Below are positions 34,637 through 39,359 of a stretch of DNA of 39,359 bases, piece after piece. The stretch's first letter is position 1; each line of letters opens with the position of its first letter. Source of the DNA: a virus (lineage: Duplodnaviria > Heunggongvirae > Uroviricota > Caudoviricetes); IMG/VR virus record IMGVR_UViG_2563366943_000021, one strand, 5' to 3'. The notes beneath the pieces are model-generated. The model ran no database searches, was not told where the DNA came from, and saw only the letters and a list, made by a program, of their open reading frames with translations. A program made the position numbers and the translations under genes.

Positions 34637-35532
34637 TGCGGAACGCTGGAATCATGGATAGAACAAAATACATCGGAGGAAGCGATGTTGCAGGGATTCT
34701 TGGAATTAGCCCATGGCGCACCCCGCTTGAGGTTTATCTGGATAAGGTCCAGCCACGTGTCAAACCAGTAGACCCAAGCAAGCAGAAAGTTTTCACGCGT
34801 GGCCAGCGTATGGAGCCATACGTAATAGACCTGCTTTCTGAGGAAACAGGGATGGAAATCGTTCATCGCGGAAACCGCTATATCCACCGTGATTACGATT
34901 TTATTGCAGCTGAGATCGATGCAGAAGCAGCGTCAGGCGAGAACATTGAGATCAAAACAGTTAGTCCGTTCAAAGCCAAAGAATGGGGAGAAATCCAGAC
35001 AGATGCAATTCCTGTGCATTACACGGCCCAGGCCATGCACGGGTTGATGGTTACAAACAAACAGGTATGCGTTTTCGGTGTGCTTATCGGTGGCGACGAC
35101 TTCCGAATCTATCGGGTTGAGCGTGATGAAGAAACTATCCAGGCGATCTTAGAAAAAGAAATCGCTTTCTGGGACCGAGTGAAAAATCTTAACCCGCCGG
35201 AAGCTACCAGCGTAAGCGATGTATCGCTGATGTTTGAGAAAGATGCCGGGACAAGTATCGAGGCTGACGGAAAGGCACTCGCACTATTCAACGATCTACG
35301 AGACATGAAATCACGCAGAAAATCACTGGAAGAAGAAATAGCTATATCAGAAGAGAAGCTGAAGATGTACATGCAAGAGCACTCAGTCCTGACCCTGGAC
35401 GGAAAGCCGCTCTGCACATGGAAATCTCAGATCAGCAACAGATTCGACCAGAAGCTATTCCAGTCAGTACACCCTGAGTTATTCGAAAAATTCAAAACAA
35501 CAACGACACAACGCGTCTTCAGAATGAAGTAA
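34633..35532 (+). CDS. YqaJ-like viral recombinase exonuclease (PD-(D/E)xK)
   Basis: N-terminal YIGGSDVAGILGISPWRTPLEVY signature; paired with downstream RecT. Confidence 0.8.
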   Translation: MMRNAGIMDRTKYIGGSDVAGILGISPWRTPLEVYLDKVQPRVKPVDPSKQKVFTRGQRMEPYVIDLLSEETGMEIVHRGNRYIHRDYDFIAAEIDAEAASGENIEIKTVSPFKAKEWGEIQTDAIPVHYTAQAMHGLMVTNKQVCVFGVLIGGDDFRIYRVERDEETIQAILEKEIAFWDRVKNLNPPEATSVSDVSLMFEKDAGTSIEADGKALALFNDLRDMKSRRKSLEEEIAISEEKLKMYMQEHSVLTLDGKPLCTWKSQISNRFDQKLFQSVHPELFEKFKTTTTQRVFRMK

Positions 35533-35541
35533 GGAGAAAAA

Positions 35542-36564
35542 ATGTCTATCAATGCACTTAAGGCAGCGGCTACCGGTAACCAAGTTGCACATCATAATGA
35601 GAAACCAACAACTCTGGCCGGACTTCTGGCAGACCCAAAAATTAAAGCTCAGATGGCTTTGGCACTTCCAAAGCACATGACAGCAGACCGTCTGGCGCGC
35701 ATAGCAACCACAGAGATCAGAAAGGTTCCAAAACTTGCATCATGCGACCAAGCCAGCTTCCTGGGGGCAATTATGCAATGTGCCCAATTGGGTCTTGAAC
35801 CAGGCGGAGCTCTTGGACACGCTTACCTGATACCGTTCGACAAACGCCAGAAAGTAAATGGAAGATGGGAAACCGTATCTACAGAAGCACAGCTGATTAT
35901 CGGCTATCGCGGAATGATTGACCTTGCCCGCCGCTCTGGGCAGATCCTGAGTATCTCGGCTCGTACCGTACATACAAACGACAAATTCAGCTACTCATAC
36001 GGCCTGGAAGAAACGCTCGAGCATTTACCTTGCGAAACAGGTGACCGCGGAGAATTAACGCACGTTTACGCCGTTGCACGACTGAAAGATGGCGGAGTCC
36101 AATTTGAAGTTATGAGCCGGGCAGACGTTGAGAAAGTTCGTGCACTGAGCAAAGCCGGTAGCAGTGGCCCATGGGTTGATCACTTCGATGAGATGGCTAA
36201 AAAAACAGTAATTCGCCGACTGTTCAAATATCTTCCTGTTTCTATTGAAATGCAGAAGGCTGTTGTTATGGATGAGCGCGCTGAAGCTGGACTTAGCCAA
36301 GATAACGCAGCTGTTATCACTGGTGAATATTCCGTAGTTGACGATGAGCGTCAACACCTGTCGCCAATTTCAGATTCAGAACGAGAAGAAGCTCGAGAAT
36401 ATATCATCGCGATACTTAATAGCCTGGATCCATCTGCTGAAGATGCAAAAACGATGTTCAAGCGCGCTGAAAATGAAATTAACACCATGGCTGAAAAGCT
36501 CGGTGATGAATATCACCAAAAATTCATGATGACGCTTAACGATATGCGTCCAGAATTCGAGTAA
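35542..36564 (+). CDS. recT: RecT-family single-strand annealing protein
   Basis: 340 aa; conserved RecT core (GAIMQCAQLGLEPG ... IGYRGMIDLA); RBS AGGAG. Confidence 0.8.
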   Translation: MSINALKAAATGNQVAHHNEKPTTLAGLLADPKIKAQMALALPKHMTADRLARIATTEIRKVPKLASCDQASFLGAIMQCAQLGLEPGGALGHAYLIPFDKRQKVNGRWETVSTEAQLIIGYRGMIDLARRSGQILSISARTVHTNDKFSYSYGLEETLEHLPCETGDRGELTHVYAVARLKDGGVQFEVMSRADVEKVRALSKAGSSGPWVDHFDEMAKKTVIRRLFKYLPVSIEMQKAVVMDERAEAGLSQDNAAVITGEYSVVDDERQHLSPISDSEREEAREYIIAILNSLDPSAEDAKTMFKRAENEINTMAEKLGDEYHQKFMMTLNDMRPEFE

Positions 36565-36613
36565 CCACCACCGCGGCGCCACGTGCGCCGCACTGCAACC
36601 AAGAGAGGTATTC

Positions 36614-36862
36614 ATGAAAGGTGCATTAGGTAAGAAAGAACTCCTGGCGGTGGTGCCACTGTCATGGAGCACTATCGACCGTATGGAGCGCGCAGGGGAA
36701 TTTCCTAAACGCTGGTATATCACCGATAAACGCTGCGCATGGAACCGTGATGAAGTTGAGCGTTGGCTTGATGAACGTCAGGCAGCAAGCCCGGCAGAGT
36801 TCCAGGGTAAAAAGCCTCCTGTTCAGCAACGTGTATATCGTCCCGTGAGCAACGCTGCATGA
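36614..36862 (+). CDS. AlpA-family small HTH regulator / excisionase-like protein
   Basis: LLAVVPLSWSTIDRMERAGEFPKRWYITDKRCAWNRDEVERWLDER resembles AlpA/Xis MerR-type HTH; near integrase. Confidence 0.65.
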   Translation: MKGALGKKELLAVVPLSWSTIDRMERAGEFPKRWYITDKRCAWNRDEVERWLDERQAASPAEFQGKKPPVQQRVYRPVSNAA

Positions 36863-36971
36863 GTGCGCTGCTAAGGCACTGGAGCAAATGGTCAGGATGG
36901 TACTTATTCCTGGCCTCTGTTTCAGCATGGCTTTATCTGCTGGCATTAATTTTCAGAGAGGGTTGGATTAA

Positions 36972-37271
36972 GTGAGAAAGTTAAGCCGACTTGAAAAATA
37001 TCACATGAATAAGGTTTCAATGCGCAGTCCGTCAAAGATTGTCGCCGTTACTCCTGCGGCGATAGAGATCGAAAAACGCGCGATTGAAAGAGAGAAAAAA
37101 GGGCAATTCCGCATTGCCGCTCACCTTTGGCTTCAGTGTATGGATGTTGCTTCTGGTGATGTTGAACGTGCAAGGATCGCGGTTCGCAGGGACCAATGTA
37201 TCACAAAAGGTAACGGCCTTCGCCGTGGCGACTATAGCGGCATAGGATGTTGTGGGGTGGTTTATGACTAA
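36972..37271 (+). CDS. PerC-like putative transcriptional regulator (99 aa)
   Basis: Weak recalled similarity to PerC family; GTG start with RBS GAGGG. Confidence 0.35.
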   Translation: MRKLSRLEKYHMNKVSMRSPSKIVAVTPAAIEIEKRAIEREKKGQFRIAAHLWLQCMDVASGDVERARIAVRRDQCITKGNGLRRGDYSGIGCCGVVYD

Positions 37272-37914
37272 GAAATACACACTAATCTATGCAGATCCAC
37301 CCTGGGTATACCGGGACAAAGCCGCAGATGGTAATCGCGGTGCCGGTTTTAAATATCCGGTTATGAGTGTGCTGGATATCTGCCGCCTTCCTGTGTGGGA
37401 TTTGGCCGATGAAAACTGTCTGTTGGCCATGTGGTGGGTGCCAACACAACCACTCGAAGCACTAAAAGTTGTTGAAGCCTGGGGATTCCGTCTGATGACG
37501 ATGAAGGGCTTCACGTGGATAAAATGTGGTAGTCGACAACCAGATAAACTGGTTATGGGTATGGGACACATGACTCGCGCCAATAGTGAAGATTGCCTGT
37601 TTGCGGTAAAGGGAAAACTACCTACGCGCATTAATGCAGGGATCGTTCAGTCATTTACCGCACCGCGGCTTGAGCATTCAAGAAAGCCAGATATCGTTCG
37701 TGAAAAACTTGTGCAATTATTAGGCGATGTTTCTCGCATTGAACTGTTCGCCCGCCAGACGTCTCATGGCTTTGATGTTTGGGGTAATCAGTGCGAAGAC
37801 CCGGCAGTGCAACTACACCCTGGATACGCGTTGGATATTGGCGGATTAACAAATGCATTCAGCAATGCTCCGCTGTCACCAACAGACATCCAGGGGCGGG
37901 AGCGTGCTGCATGA
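37264..37914 (+). CDS. MT-A70 family DNA N6-adenine methyltransferase
   Basis: Catalytic DPPW motif (IYADPPWVYRD) and EHSRKPD motif; start set at ATG 37264. Confidence 0.8.
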   Translation: MTKKYTLIYADPPWVYRDKAADGNRGAGFKYPVMSVLDICRLPVWDLADENCLLAMWWVPTQPLEALKVVEAWGFRLMTMKGFTWIKCGSRQPDKLVMGMGHMTRANSEDCLFAVKGKLPTRINAGIVQSFTAPRLEHSRKPDIVREKLVQLLGDVSRIELFARQTSHGFDVWGNQCEDPAVQLHPGYALDIGGLTNAFSNAPLSPTDIQGRERAA

Positions 37915-38105
37915 ACAGGGCATCACCAGCAGATTTAAGAAAATGCCTTGAAACTGCAAACATGCTTGCACACAGCGGGATCAGGTTTGTTCCAATTCCC
38001 GCTGTCACTGATGCTGAATTTGCAACACTGTCAGCAATATTCGAAAACAAAATTGAATCACTGGCAGCAGAAGCAGAGATGGAAGAAAATCAGCAGAACT
38101 ATTAA
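37911..38105 (+). CDS. Hypothetical small protein (64 aa)
   Basis: ATGA overlap with methyltransferase stop; convergent with integrase. Confidence 0.4.
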   Translation: MNRASPADLRKCLETANMLAHSGIRFVPIPAVTDAEFATLSAIFENKIESLAAEAEMEENQQNY

Positions 38106-38108
38106 ACG

Positions 38109-39359
38109 TTATTCCCCCGCCATCCACTTCTCAAACTTCGACGGGGAGAACGGAATCAGATCCGTATGCTCCCCGTCAATCCATGAATCAATCATATCGG
38201 CCCACTGCTGCAACATGTAGGCGCGCTGTCTGGCGTATTCCGCTTTGTTATATACGGCGCGCACACCTTTCTGCTCATGTGCCAGAGCCTTTTCAATCCA
38301 GTCTGAAGGATAACCAGCCTCATGCAACAACGTACTGGCTGTACGGCGCATATCGTGTACGGTGAAGCCCTGAATATGCTCACCATCTTCATTTATTATT
38401 TTCACCGTTCTGTCGATCAGAGAGTTCAGCGCGGCATTAGATAATGGCTTCCGGAAATTGTAACGACCAGGAACCAGATATTCACTTCCACCAGCGCACA
38501 TCTGCAACCCAACCAATATATCCTGTGCCTGTTTAGGCAGGTAAATAACGTGCGCCCGGCTTCCCTTCATGCGGTCTGAAGGAATTGTCCATGTCCATTT
38601 TTTAAAATCTATTTCATCCCACGTTGCATTGGTGAATTCGCCTTTACGAACCATAGTGATAAGCACCAGCTTTAAAGCCATTTTCATAGTGCCCATAGCA
38701 CCAATGGCATCCAGCGTGCGGAAGAACAGGCCAATTTCTTCTGGTGTCAGTGTTCGCTCTCGTGGTTTAAATATGGCGATAGACGAAGGTTTAATGTCAG
38801 CCGCAGGATTAAACAAACCATGACCACGGTCATTGGCGTGACGGTATACGCTGCTGATGATCTCCCTGGCCTGTACTGCTGTTGCCCGACCACCGCGTTC
38901 GACAATCCGGTCACACAAATCACGAACCATCGATGTGGTAATTTCAGCCATCATTTTGTTACCAAGAACAGGAAGTATGTCACGGTCGATCACCGCCTGC
39001 TTCATTGCGCGGGTACTGTCAGCCAGGATGACGTGTTTCATATAACTGTCGGTATGTACCGCAAACGTCTCGGCACCACGAATCTTTTTGATACCGTCAC
39101 GTTTAGCCGCAGCCGGTGACTGGCCTGCTTTAAGCAGCTTCTTTGCAGCAATCAGTTCTTCTCGCGCTTCTGCCAGGCTGATACCGTCACGCCCATACTG
39201 CCCGATTACCAGTGTTTCGCGGCGACCGTTGATACGGTAGTCATAGCGAAACGAGACCGTGCCTGACGTAAGCACAGCTACATACAGCCCGTCACGATCG
39301 GAGACCTTGTACAGTTTGTCCTGCGGCTTGAGGTTTTTTAATTTTGTATCGGTAAGCAC
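38109..39359 (-). CDS. int: Tyrosine integrase, P4-type; N-terminus truncated by window edge
   Basis: N-terminal LTDTKLKNLKP arm-binding signature; C-terminal catalytic domain with R...HxxR...Y-type residues (HDMRRTASTLL ... VRAVY); ORF runs off the window at 39359. Confidence 0.9.
   Translation of the reverse strand: MLTDTKLKNLKPQDKLYKVSDRDGLYVAVLTSGTVSFRYDYRINGRRETLVIGQYGRDGISLAEAREELIAAKKLLKAGQSPAAAKRDGIKKIRGAETFAVHTDSYMKHVILADSTRAMKQAVIDRDILPVLGNKMMAEITTSMVRDLCDRIVERGGRATAVQAREIISSVYRHANDRGHGLFNPAADIKPSSIAIFKPRERTLTPEEIGLFFRTLDAIGAMGTMKMALKLVLITMVRKGEFTNATWDEIDFKKWTWTIPSDRMKGSRAHVIYLPKQAQDILVGLQMCAGGSEYLVPGRYNFRKPLSNAALNSLIDRTVKIINEDGEHIQGFTVHDMRRTASTLLHEAGYPSDWIEKALAHEQKGVRAVYNKAEYARQRAYMLQQWADMIDSWIDGEHTDLIPFSPSKFEKWMAGE

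Larger units (their letters stand above)
1166..39359. mobile_element. Integrated temperate podovirus-type prophage (epsilon15-like architecture), continuing past the right window edge
   Basis: Contiguous phage modules from lysis genes to integrase; T7-like portal/capsid/tail tubular genes combined with lambda-like O/P, RecT, repressor and integrase. Confidence 0.85.

Noticed and set aside
36565-36613. GC-rich hairpin after recT as a terminator
   Set aside because: Good stem (GCGGCGCC/GGCGCCGC) but no U-run on either strand; probably a stabilising hairpin.

Overview
Almost the whole window is one integrated temperate prophage with an epsilon15-like hybrid layout: a lambda-like immunity, replication and recombination region plus a T7-like podovirus structural module. 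Host DNA is only at the left edge (about 1-1165): two convergent genes resembling yfgH/yfgI, then a bidirectional terminator. At 1166-1180 the minus strand reads IEWE-stop, which I interpret as the duplicated 3' end of guaA, i.e. the attL junction. Reading leftward from the divergent immunity region (33.3 kb) the minus strand carries cro-like, O-like initiator with in-gene iterons, lambda P-like loader, small early genes, terminase small/large, portal, scaffold, capsid, tail tubular A/B, internal virion proteins, an accessory island (6.5-9.6 kb), a sialidase-type tailspike and the lysis cassette. Reading rightward are a two-HTH repressor with no autocleavage domain, then YqaJ exonuclease, RecT, AlpA, PerC-like, an MT-A70 methyltransferase and a P4-type integrase truncated at the window end. 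A plus-strand moron (tRNA-Arg UCU plus a 139-aa ORF) sits antisense between terminase and portal. Most notable signals: a 15-bp operator TTACC-N5-GGTAA at 12 intergenic sites, usually starting at the last base of a -10 hexamer; a strong LexA box in front of a small antirepressor-domain gene; a structured leader before the Bro-N antirepressor; a 12-bp palindrome GTGACATGTCAC present three times at gene ends; and an AT-rich two-gene cassette under an operator-controlled promoter. All calls are from reading the sequence and recalled family signatures; no database search was run.
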